Positions 35,467 through 44,105 of a stretch of 64,000 nucleotides of DNA are shown one piece after another. The stretch is taken from positions 34,207 through 98,206 of the forward strand of contig CAKRJY010000009.1 of assembly GCA_934352055.1 (NCBI GenBank). The letters are read 5' to 3'. This DNA is from an uncultured Lachnospiraceae bacterium. Its GTDB lineage: Bacteria > Bacillota > Clostridia > Lachnospirales > Lachnospiraceae. Within the stretch, counting starts at the first letter, position 1, and each line of letters starts with the position of its first letter. A program made the translations under genes and the position numbers. The notes below the pieces were generated by a model. The model saw only the letters and a list, made by a program, of their open reading frames with translations. It was not told the origin of the DNA and did not search any database.

Positions 35467-36408
35467 TTAGTTTAATGCTGTTTTAATATCTTCAATCATT
35501 GCTTCAACTGCCATACGGCTTGCATCCGCAAAGTTTTCTTCTGTGATACCCTTTGCCTGATATTGTTCCTGCTTATATGCTGCAATAATGCCGCGTGAAG
35601 AATTCACGATTGCACCTAAACCATCCTTGTCAAAGAAGTGTACCAAATCAGCGCCCTTACCACCTTGTGCGCCATAACCCGGTACTAAAATGTATGATTT
35701 TGGCATCAATTCACGTAAAACTTTACCCATTTTTGGATATGTTGCACCTACAACGGCACCTACATAGCTGTAGTCATCACCCATGCAATCACTACCCCAT
35801 TTATCCACCATCTGACCTACGAATTCATACAGTGGTCTTTGCTTTCCATTGTCATCTGTAATGACGCGATCCTGGAATTCTCCACTTGATGGATTTGATG
35901 TCTTAACAAGTACAAAAATACCCTTCTTTTCTTCCTTACAAACCTTAACAAACGGGTCAATTCCGTCACTGCCAAGGTATGGGTTTACGGTCGCAAAGTC
36001 CTCATCAAATGGTGTGAGCATTTTGCTTCCCACAGCTACCTTTCCAAGATGTGCGGTAGCGTATGCTGCGGATGTTGAACCAATATCTCCACGCTTCACA
36101 TCGCCAATAACCACAAGGTCTTTTTCATGACAGTAATCTACGGTCTTTTTGAATGCTTCCAATCCCGGCAAGCCAAACTGTTCATACATAGCAATCTGTG
36201 GCTTTACTGCTGGAATCAGATCATAAGTAGCATCTACGATTGCCTTGTTATATGCAAAAATAGCATCTGCAACAGCTTCCAGGCTTTCTCCTTTTTCTGC
36301 AACAGCAGCACTAAGAAGCTGGCTTGGCAAATAAGAAAGCATCGGGTCTAATCCTACAACAATCGGTGCTCCTGTTTTTTTGATTTTTTCATTTAACTTG
36401 TTAATCAT
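35467..36408 (-). CDS. pyrF: orotidine-5'-phosphate decarboxylase (long, type 2)
   Basis: 313 aa. PIVVGLDP...GDVKRGDIGST motifs. Confidence 0.85.
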   Translation of the reverse strand: MINKLNEKIKKTGAPIVVGLDPMLSYLPSQLLSAAVAEKGESLEAVADAIFAYNKAIVDATYDLIPAVKPQIAMYEQFGLPGLEAFKKTVDYCHEKDLVVIGDVKRGDIGSTSAAYATAHLGKVAVGSKMLTPFDEDFATVNPYLGSDGIDPFVKVCKEEKKGIFVLVKTSNPSSGEFQDRVITDDNGKQRPLYEFVGQMVDKWGSDCMGDDYSYVGAVVGATYPKMGKVLRELMPKSYILVPGYGAQGGKGADLVHFFDKDGLGAIVNSSRGIIAAYKQEQYQAKGITEENFADASRMAVEAMIEDIKTALN

Positions 36409-36452
36409 ATCGTTACCCTCACTCGTTTTTTTCTTTTTTTATCATAAACTAC

Positions 36453-37730
36453 CTACGCGCGATATACAACCTGTCCGTCTAAAATTGTTGTCACAACACG
36501 TCCGGTAACTTTTCTGCCCTCAAATGGCATATTTTTTCCCTTGCTTGCAAAATCTTTTGCATGAATCTCATAAGATGCTCTCGGATCAAAAATTACGATA
36601 TCTGCAATATGACCTTCGCTGATATCTCCCTTATCAATACCAAGAATCCGCGCTGGATTCGTACTCATTTTTTCAGCCATTCCCATCGGATCGAGATATC
36701 CTTTTTGCACCAGTTCTGTATACGTAAGTGCTGCTGCTGTTTCCGTTCCCACAATACCAAATGGCGCATGGTTTAAATCTTTTTTCTTTTCCTCTGCCGT
36801 ATGTGGTGCATGGTCTGTGGAAATCACTTCCATAATACCATCGCGCAATCCTATTTTTAATGCTTCCACATCTTCTTTAGCGCGAAGTGGTGGATTCATC
36901 TTATAATTTGCATCTCCTGCAACAATATCGTCTTCTGTCAAAGTAAAATGATGCGGACATACTTCGCCACTGACTTTGATTCCTTTTTTCTTTGCATCAC
37001 GAACCAGCTCAACCGATTCTTTTGTCGAACAATGGCACAAATGAAGCGTAGCACCTGTCTCTTCCGCTAACATAATATCTCTGGCAACAATCACGTTTTC
37101 CACAGCGTTAGAGATACCATTTACACCCAATTCTTTCGAACGATTTCCCTGATTGATAACGCCGCCCTGCACAAGATTGATGTCTTCACAATGCGCAAGC
37201 ACCGGAATTCCTGCTTTTGCTACAATTTTCATAGCCTCACGATATAAACCGGAATCCATGACACTCTTTCCATCTTCTGAAATAGCCGGAATTCCTGCCT
37301 CAATCATACCGGTAAGATCAGAGAGTTCTTTTCCCTCCATTCCTTTTGTGACACTTCCCACCTGCAGCACATGCGTCAATCCAACTTCTTTTGCTTTATC
37401 GTGTACATAGCGAATCACTTCCGGACGGTCTGCTACCGGTTTTGTATTCGGCATGGCAACAATCGTCGTATAGCCGCCATGTGCAGCTGCGCGTGAGCCC
37501 GTCTCAATATCCTCTTTTTCCGTCAGTCCCGGATCACGCAGATGCACGTGTAAGTCAATAAATCCCGGAAATACATAACATCCTGTCGCATCAATCACCT
37601 GATCTTCTGCAGCTGCTGTCAGTTCTTTTCCTATTTTTTCTATACGATCCTCTTTTACATACAAATCCATGACTTCATCCGTCTTTGTCGGCGGATTTAC
37701 AAGATGTCCATTTTTAATTAAAATTCCCAT
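36453..37730 (-). CDS. pyrC: dihydroorotase
   Basis: 425 aa. PGFIDLHVHLRDPG metal-binding motif and ...VISTDHAPH. Confidence 0.9.
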   Translation of the reverse strand: MGILIKNGHLVNPPTKTDEVMDLYVKEDRIEKIGKELTAAAEDQVIDATGCYVFPGFIDLHVHLRDPGLTEKEDIETGSRAAAHGGYTTIVAMPNTKPVADRPEVIRYVHDKAKEVGLTHVLQVGSVTKGMEGKELSDLTGMIEAGIPAISEDGKSVMDSGLYREAMKIVAKAGIPVLAHCEDINLVQGGVINQGNRSKELGVNGISNAVENVIVARDIMLAEETGATLHLCHCSTKESVELVRDAKKKGIKVSGEVCPHHFTLTEDDIVAGDANYKMNPPLRAKEDVEALKIGLRDGIMEVISTDHAPHTAEEKKKDLNHAPFGIVGTETAAALTYTELVQKGYLDPMGMAEKMSTNPARILGIDKGDISEGHIADIVIFDPRASYEIHAKDFASKGKNMPFEGRKVTGRVVTTILDGQVVYRA

Positions 37731-37851
37731 TCTCGTCTCCTTTTCCTATATACATACAGAAACGTTGCTTCCATCCAAAGCAATGTCTCTCTGTCATAAA
37801 TCCCATGACAGGGGCACTCCTTATGACAAAAGCAACGTCCCTAATGCACGA

Positions 37852-38151
37852 TTATTTTACCAGTGCATCATTCACAAATTTTTGAATATTCGATGCATTC
37901 ACATATTTTTTCGTGTGATCGCCATCTACTACAACCAGCGTTGGTGCCTGCATAACACCATACTGTCTTGTTAACTCTTCATTTTCTTCTGCGTCAATTA
38001 CAATATATTCCTGTCCCTTTAAGATTTCTTTTGCCATAGCACAATTTGGACATGTTTTTGTTGTAAACAGATACTTTACGCTATGAAGTGGTTCAATCTT
38101 TACATCATCTTCTGTGATGGTCACAAGACTCTTTGCAGGTTTTTTCAAAAC
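37852..38151 (-). other. redoxin (CPNC) domain fused to the NrdD C-terminus
   Basis: The CPNC codons are at 38041-38052. beta-alpha-beta thioredoxin-fold pattern (YLFTTKTCPNC...VMQAPTLVV). Confidence 0.65.
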
Positions 38152-40224
38152 AGAATGCTTGATATCATACAGCTTTCTGTTCTTATATTCCTGTGTTTTA
38201 CCTTCGTTCCAGTTCTGTACCGGACGATAGTAACCGGTAATTCTGGAGTAAACTTCTGCCTTAGCGCCACAATGTGGACAGGTGAAATGTTCTCCTGCAA
38301 TATATCCATGTTCCTTACATACAGAATATGTCGGAGATAATGTGTAGTAAGGTAATTTGTAATTCTGAGCAATGGTACGAACCAGTTTTGCTGCTGATTC
38401 CCAACCATCCAGCTTCTCACCTAAGAACGCATGGAATACCGTTCCTGATGTATATAATGTCTGTAAATCATCCTGAATATCCAAAGCATCAAAAATATCT
38501 GATGTATATTCCACTGGCAGATGTGAGCTATTGGTATAAAATGGGGTATCACCTTCATATCCGGCAGTCTTGATATCCGGGAACTGTGCCACATCATGTT
38601 TTGCCAGACGATATGTGGTAGACTCTGCAGGTGTTGCCTCAAGGTTATACAAATCACCATATGCTTCCTGATAATCAGAAAGACGTTCACGCATATGATT
38701 TAAGACATCCTTTGTAAACTGCTGTGTCTCTTCGTGTGTCAAATCCATGCCAAGCCATTTTGCATTTAATCCCACTTCATTCATACCAATCAGACCGATG
38801 GTTGAGAAATGGTTATCAAAGGTTCCAAGATAACGCTTTGTGTATGGGTACAAACCTTCATCCAAAAGCTTTGTAATAACGCCACGCTTGATTTTTAAGG
38901 ATCTTGCTGCAATATCCATCATGCGGTCCAGACGTGCATAAAAGTCTGCTTCATCTTTTGCAAGATATGCAATACGTGGCATATTGATAGTAACAACACC
39001 CACAGATCCTGTGCTTTCACCGGCGCCAAAGAATCCACCGGATTTCTTACGGAGTTCACGTAAGTCAAGACGCAATCTACAGCACATAGAACGTACATCA
39101 CTTGGCTCCATATCACTATTGATATAGTTAGAGAAATATGGCGTACCATATTTTGCTGTCATTTCAAAGAGCAGACGGTTGTTTTCTGTATCTGACCAGT
39201 CAAAGTCTCTTGTAATCGAATAGGTAGGAATCGGATACTGGAATCCACGGCCATTGGCATCGCCCTCAATCATGATCTCTAAGAATGCACGATTGACCAT
39301 ATCCATCTCTTTCTTACAATCTTTATATTTGAAATCCATTTCCTTACCGCCAACGATAGCAGGAAGTTCTGCAAGATCGGCAGGTACGGTCCAATCCAAA
39401 GTGATATTAGAAAATGGTGCCTGTGTTCCCCAACGGCTTGGTGTATTGACACCATAGATAAATGCTTCGATGCACTTCTTCACTTCACGATAAGATAAGT
39501 TATCTACCTTTACAAAAGGTGCTAAATATGTGTCAAATGATGAAAATGCCTGTGCACCAGCCCATTCATTCTGCATAATACCGAGGAAGTTTACCATCTG
39601 GTTGCAAAGAACTGACAAATGTGCTGCCGGAGCAGATGTAATCTTTCCTGCGATACCACCAAGTCCTTCTTTGATCAACTGTTTCAAAGACCATCCTGCA
39701 CAATATCCGGTCAACATAGACAAATCATGAATATGAATATCTGCGTTGCGATGTGCTTCTGCAATTTCTTCATCGTAAATTTCAGACAACCAGTAATTTG
39801 CTGTCACTGCACCGGAATTGCTAAGAATCAGACCACCAACAGAATACGTTACCGTAGAGTTCTCCTTCACACGCCAGTCTTCTACCTTTACATAACTATT
39901 GATTACATCCTTATAATCTAAGATTGTAGATTTCATATTACGCATTTTTTCGCGCTGCTTACGATATAAAATATAAGCCTTGGCAACTTCTGTATAACCT
40001 GTCTGTTCCAAAACAGTCTCCACGCTATCCTGAATTGCTTCTACTGATATTTTGCCATCTTTAATTTTTTCCTGAAAATGTGCTGATACACGCAAAGATA
40101 ACAATCCAATAATGTCATCATTATAAGCCATCTGTGTCGCATCAAATGCCTTAGCGATTGCATCATTAATTTTCCCCAAATTGAACTCTGTTACTTGTCC
40201 ATCCCTTTTCACAACTTCAAACAT
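37852..40224 (-). CDS. nrdD: anaerobic ribonucleoside-triphosphate reductase (class III) with a C-terminal thioredoxin/glutaredoxin-like domain
   Basis: 790 aa. Zn ribbon CPHCG and glycyl-radical motif SRITGYYRPV..WNEGK. About 99 extra residues follow, containing TKTCPNCAMAKEIL...MQAPTLVV. Confidence 0.9.
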   Translation of the reverse strand: MFEVVKRDGQVTEFNLGKINDAIAKAFDATQMAYNDDIIGLLSLRVSAHFQEKIKDGKISVEAIQDSVETVLEQTGYTEVAKAYILYRKQREKMRNMKSTILDYKDVINSYVKVEDWRVKENSTVTYSVGGLILSNSGAVTANYWLSEIYDEEIAEAHRNADIHIHDLSMLTGYCAGWSLKQLIKEGLGGIAGKITSAPAAHLSVLCNQMVNFLGIMQNEWAGAQAFSSFDTYLAPFVKVDNLSYREVKKCIEAFIYGVNTPSRWGTQAPFSNITLDWTVPADLAELPAIVGGKEMDFKYKDCKKEMDMVNRAFLEIMIEGDANGRGFQYPIPTYSITRDFDWSDTENNRLLFEMTAKYGTPYFSNYINSDMEPSDVRSMCCRLRLDLRELRKKSGGFFGAGESTGSVGVVTINMPRIAYLAKDEADFYARLDRMMDIAARSLKIKRGVITKLLDEGLYPYTKRYLGTFDNHFSTIGLIGMNEVGLNAKWLGMDLTHEETQQFTKDVLNHMRERLSDYQEAYGDLYNLEATPAESTTYRLAKHDVAQFPDIKTAGYEGDTPFYTNSSHLPVEYTSDIFDALDIQDDLQTLYTSGTVFHAFLGEKLDGWESAAKLVRTIAQNYKLPYYTLSPTYSVCKEHGYIAGEHFTCPHCGAKAEVYSRITGYYRPVQNWNEGKTQEYKNRKLYDIKHSVLKKPAKSLVTITEDDVKIEPLHSVKYLFTTKTCPNCAMAKEILKGQEYIVIDAEENEELTRQYGVMQAPTLVVVDGDHTKKYVNASNIQKFVNDALVK

Positions 40225-40310
40225 TTCAAATCCACCTTTCCCAAAAACCTAACGATAAAAACTCTTATGTATAGCGACACATACTCCGTTCAAACGCCAT
40301 TTATGAACAA

Positions 40311-40339
40311 ATTGTATCAAAATATGGTGCATAGGTCAA
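40311..40339 (-). promoter_or_regulatory. putative sigma-A promoter of nrdD
   Basis: Minus strand: TTGACC, 17 nt spacer, TACAAT. About 85 nt upstream of the ATG. Confidence 0.5.
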
Positions 40340-40361
40340 TGTCATTTCACTATATATAGTA
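40316..40361. promoter_or_regulatory. tandem NrdR-box-like palindromes
   Basis: CACCATATTTTGAT (40316-40329, inside the promoter spacer) and CACTATATATAGTA (40348-40361). The centres are 32 bp apart. Both resemble the acaCwAtATaTwGtgt NrdR box. Confidence 0.5.
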
Positions 40362-40386
40362 TTTTCGTCATTTTTACCACAAACAT

Positions 40387-40423
40387 AAAAAAATCCCCTT
40401 GGAACGCCGATTCCATGGGGATT
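40387..40423 (-). terminator. rho-independent terminator after the TPR lipoprotein gene
   Basis: Minus strand: aatccccatgg-N10-ccaaggggatt (11-bp stem, one mismatch) followed by ttttttt. Confidence 0.6.
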
Positions 40424-40465
40424 CTATTACTTATTCAGTTTACATTTAATAAATCCTATGTCTTT

Positions 40466-41425
40466 TTATCTGGTTTGTAAAAAAATCTGTTCCCGGAGTG
40501 CTGCCTGGTCTGTCGGATATTTTGCCAGATATTCTGCCATTTTTTCCTTTGCTGTGGCAAAATCACCGGTATATTCAAGAGCAACAATTTCTCCTTTTAA
40601 CAAATCCTGCATAGAAGCCTCATCCGCCTTCTCGATTCCCTTCTGGTAATAGGTCAGGGCTTTGTCGTAATTGCCGGATTTCACTTCCATATTACCGAGC
40701 AATGCCATTGCTTCTGCGGATGGTTTTTCTTCTTTCACATAATCTGCTAATAAAGACGATGCCTTATCACCATCTCCTGAAACTTCATAAGCTTCTGCCA
40801 GATATACCTTTGCCTCACTTGCTTTTTTGTCTACCGCTGTCTGTAATGTCTCGATTGCCTGCTTATAGTCGCCTCGCTCCAGATAAATGCGTCCTTTTCC
40901 CAGATAGTCTTCTGCTGCATCACCTTTTAACACCAATGCTTCGTCCAAAAACGTATTTCCATCTTCTTCCATACCCGATGCTTTCAAATTTTCATAAATC
41001 AGAATATACAGCTCATATTGTTTGCCGGCACGACTGACAGCTTCCTGATAATCTTTTAACGCCTTTTCTTTTTCGCCTTCATTCAGATAAACACTGCCTC
41101 GTAAAAAGCATGGGCGATAATCTGTCTCATCATAGTCAACGATGGAATCATAAACAGCAATTGCTTCTTTTAAATTCCCTTGTGCATATTCTGCTGCAGC
41201 TTTGTAGAAACATATATCAACTACATTGGCATTGACTTTTCCACCGGATAAAGACAATGCTGCATCAAATGATTCCACTGCTGTCTTATAATCTGCTGAC
41301 TGCATTGCTGTGATGCCGGCTTCTTTTTTTTCTGCCATCTGCTGCGCTGCTTTATTACCACATCCTGTCAATAGACTCATACAAAGAAGGATGCTAAGTG
41401 TGATCGATACTACTCTTTTTTTCAT
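40466..41425 (-). CDS. TPR-repeat lipoprotein
   Basis: 319 aa. Signal plus lipobox LLTGC. Repeated A..Y..G.Y..A...F..A TPR-like units. Confidence 0.7.
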   Translation of the reverse strand: MKKRVVSITLSILLCMSLLTGCGNKAAQQMAEKKEAGITAMQSADYKTAVESFDAALSLSGGKVNANVVDICFYKAAAEYAQGNLKEAIAVYDSIVDYDETDYRPCFLRGSVYLNEGEKEKALKDYQEAVSRAGKQYELYILIYENLKASGMEEDGNTFLDEALVLKGDAAEDYLGKGRIYLERGDYKQAIETLQTAVDKKASEAKVYLAEAYEVSGDGDKASSLLADYVKEEKPSAEAMALLGNMEVKSGNYDKALTYYQKGIEKADEASMQDLLKGEIVALEYTGDFATAKEKMAEYLAKYPTDQAALREQIFLQTR

Positions 41426-41565
41426 TACAATTTCTTCTTTCTTTTTTGTTTCCTATTCATTTTCGCAACTTTAATCATACCAAAAATCTCATTCTTTGTA
41501 TAGAAGCGGTTCACATTTATGCATGCTTTGCATAGGCTATTAAAAACATGTGCAAAGGATTTCTC

Positions 41566-42630
41566 ATGTCAAAAACCATCATTATAGATCCTGGTCACGG
41601 CGGTTTTGACCCCGGTGCCGTCTATGAAAACCGAAAAGAAAAAGACGATAACTTGAGATTAGCCCTGGCTGTCGGTCAGGAATTACAAAACGCAGGATAC
41701 CAGATTATCTACACACGTACCGATGACCGCTATGATTCGCCTTACGATAAAGCGCAGATTGCAAATTCTGCCGGTGGAGACCTGTTCCTATCCTTCCACC
41801 GTAACTTTGCAGAGACGCCAGATCTTTATCGGGGCGTGCAGGCTCTTGTGTATGACAAGAATCCATTGGCGCTGCGCGTTGCTAAAAATGTCAACGAAGA
41901 ATTGGAATCCATCGGTTTTAAAAATCTTGGCATCGAATCCCGCAAAGAACTTGTCGTATTGCGCCGTACATCCATGCCCGCTGTTTTACTGGAAGTAAGT
42001 TTTATTAATTCCGTGGATGACAACCGGTTGTTTGACGAAAAATTTGATGCAATTGCAAATGCCATCGCCACAGGCGTAGAACGTGCACTTCCTATTACCA
42101 AATCCAAAGAGACATCTGCATCTTCTATGCCACCAGACGATACCATGGCTTCTACGCCTATGCAGCAAAATGATACCACGGCTTCTATGTCCATGCAGCA
42201 AAACGATGCCACGGCTTCTATGTCCATGCAGCAAATTGATGCCACGGCTTCTATGTCCATGCAACCGGACGATACCATGGAATCTATGCGCACATCGCAA
42301 AGTTCTGATGCAAACCCTCTCGCTTCTATGCGCCGCTGCTTAACCGATCATCCATGCGATCTGGATCCGCTGCCAAAACCGGAAGACGCTCCACGTTTCT
42401 TATATTATGTACAGGTTGGTCTGTTCCGTTATCCTGAAAATGCCGTTTATCTTATGCAACAGCTTAACGCCCAGGGATACTCTACTGTCTGGAAACGCAT
42501 AGGCGGTCTGATTGCCATCTGGGTCGGTCCGGTTGACAATTTGGATGAAGCGGTTCGTTTACAACGCAAACTGCAAAACGACGGTTACGAGACCTTAATC
42601 GTAACCGATGACTATATTGCACGTAAATAA
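41566..42630 (+). CDS. N-acetylmuramoyl-L-alanine amidase (Amidase_3) with an 11-aa tandem-repeat linker and a C-terminal SPOR domain
   Basis: IIIDPGHGGFDPGA...LSFHRN...AVLLEVSFINS, then a repeat linker, then YYVQVGLFRYPENAVYLMQQLNAQGY...IWVGP...EAVRLQRKLQNDGY (SPOR-like). Confidence 0.8.
   Translation: MSKTIIIDPGHGGFDPGAVYENRKEKDDNLRLALAVGQELQNAGYQIIYTRTDDRYDSPYDKAQIANSAGGDLFLSFHRNFAETPDLYRGVQALVYDKNPLALRVAKNVNEELESIGFKNLGIESRKELVVLRRTSMPAVLLEVSFINSVDDNRLFDEKFDAIANAIATGVERALPITKSKETSASSMPPDDTMASTPMQQNDTTASMSMQQNDATASMSMQQIDATASMSMQPDDTMESMRTSQSSDANPLASMRRCLTDHPCDLDPLPKPEDAPRFLYYVQVGLFRYPENAVYLMQQLNAQGYSTVWKRIGGLIAIWVGPVDNLDEAVRLQRKLQNDGYETLIVTDDYIARK
42118..42279 (+). repeat. five tandem 30-33-bp units encoding A-S-M-S-M-Q-Q-N-D-A-T-like repeats
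   Basis: Units fall at 42118, 42148, 42181, 42214 and 42247. Units 2-4 are nearly identical (gcttctatgtccatgcagcaaaacgatgccacg). Confidence 0.85.
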
Positions 42631-42675
42631 AAAAGAAAGCCGGTACACCACTTATTCGTACCGGCCTTCTCCTTT
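42631..42675. terminator. bidirectional terminator between the amidase and CNNM genes
   Basis: gccggtac-N11-gtaccggc, flanked by an A-run on the left and a T-rich run on the right. Confidence 0.6.
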
Positions 42676-43952
42676 TATTCTGTTTCTGTCATTTCTTCTG
42701 CCTTTGGCAATTTGATGTGCACTTTCGTAATTCTCTTTTTATCTACCTGTTCTACCCGAAGCATAATACCATCTCCGGTGACATAGACTTCCCCTTCCTG
42801 CGGAAAATGGTCAAATAGTCCTGTCAAATATCCGCCAATGGTATCATAATCTTCTGATATAAAGTCCAGATGCAGTGCATCACATAAATCTTCTAAATTC
42901 ATGGAACCCAAAACGTCATATTCCCGGTCACTCACCTGGATCAGATCGTCTTCTTCGTTTCCATCAAATTCATCACGAATTTCACCCACAAGCTCTTCCA
43001 ACAAGTCTTCTAACGTCACCAAACCGGCAACTGCACCATACTCATCCAAAACAATGGCAAGACTTAATCTCTCTTTTCGCATTTCCTCAAATAATTCAGA
43101 AGTGTTTTTCTGTTCGTAAGTAAAATAAACCTTGCGCAGGTAATCGCGAATCGAAAACGCCTCATTCTTTGGCGCTAAAATCATATCTTTCATATTGATC
43201 AGACCGATAATATTGTCTGTATCATCCTCATACACCGGCAATCTGGTAAACATATCCTCTTTAAATGTCTCCACCAGCTTTTCATAGGACCAATTGACGT
43301 TGACCATCGTCATATCAATACGTGGAATCATAATCTCTTTTGCCGTTGCATCTGTAAAATCAAAGATGTTATGGATATACTCTCGCTCTTCTCCTTCGAT
43401 TTCGCCGCTTTCATGACTGGCGTCCACCATAATACGCAATTCTTCTTCTGTAATCGCACCCTCATTCTGATTCGGGTCTACACGAAGCAAGCGTAAAAAT
43501 ACCAAAGATAATTTATTTACCAAAAAGATAGCCGGCGTCAGAATAACCATCAATGCCCAAATACACTTTGCATATGACAAAGAAATTTTTGTTGCATTTA
43601 ACGTTGCAAGTGTCTTTGGCGAAATCTCACCAAATATCAGGATCAATAAAGTCAGCACACCCGTCGCAATTCCCGCTCCTACACTGCCAAGCAATCGTAT
43701 CGCAAGTGTCGTTGCAAGAGAAGACGCGGATAGATTCACCACATTATTCCCAATCAATATCGCAGACAGCATTTTTGCTGAATCATCTGTCACACGAAGA
43801 ACGCACTGTGCACGCGTATCGCCCTCATCTGCCATCGTTTTCATCTTAATCTTATTAACTGTTGTAAGCGCCGTTTCCGCTGACGAAAAGAATGCTGACA
43901 AAAGCAATAAAACCACCAAAATCACTACCTGAAGTATCGAGACCGTATCCAA
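42675..43952 (-). CDS. CNNM/HlyC-CorC-family transporter (DUF21, CBS pair, CorC_HlyC)
   Basis: 425 aa. N-terminal 4-TM DUF21, then a CBS pair, then a C-terminal ...GDGIMLRVEQVDKKRITKVHI transporter-associated domain. Confidence 0.8.
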   Translation of the reverse strand: MDTVSILQVVILVVLLLLSAFFSSAETALTTVNKIKMKTMADEGDTRAQCVLRVTDDSAKMLSAILIGNNVVNLSASSLATTLAIRLLGSVGAGIATGVLTLLILIFGEISPKTLATLNATKISLSYAKCIWALMVILTPAIFLVNKLSLVFLRLLRVDPNQNEGAITEEELRIMVDASHESGEIEGEEREYIHNIFDFTDATAKEIMIPRIDMTMVNVNWSYEKLVETFKEDMFTRLPVYEDDTDNIIGLINMKDMILAPKNEAFSIRDYLRKVYFTYEQKNTSELFEEMRKERLSLAIVLDEYGAVAGLVTLEDLLEELVGEIRDEFDGNEEDDLIQVSDREYDVLGSMNLEDLCDALHLDFISEDYDTIGGYLTGLFDHFPQEGEVYVTGDGIMLRVEQVDKKRITKVHIKLPKAEEMTETE

Positions 43953-44105
43953 AAAAACATCACTCCTTTATTATTTTATATCTCGCTATTTCATATTATT
44001 ATATAATTTTTCCCATAGAAATCAAGCATTCTTATCATAGCTTTTCTCTGCGTTGCATCATAATTTTTCTCTGCGTGGCATGTAATTCTAAATTTTACTT
44101 TTGAT

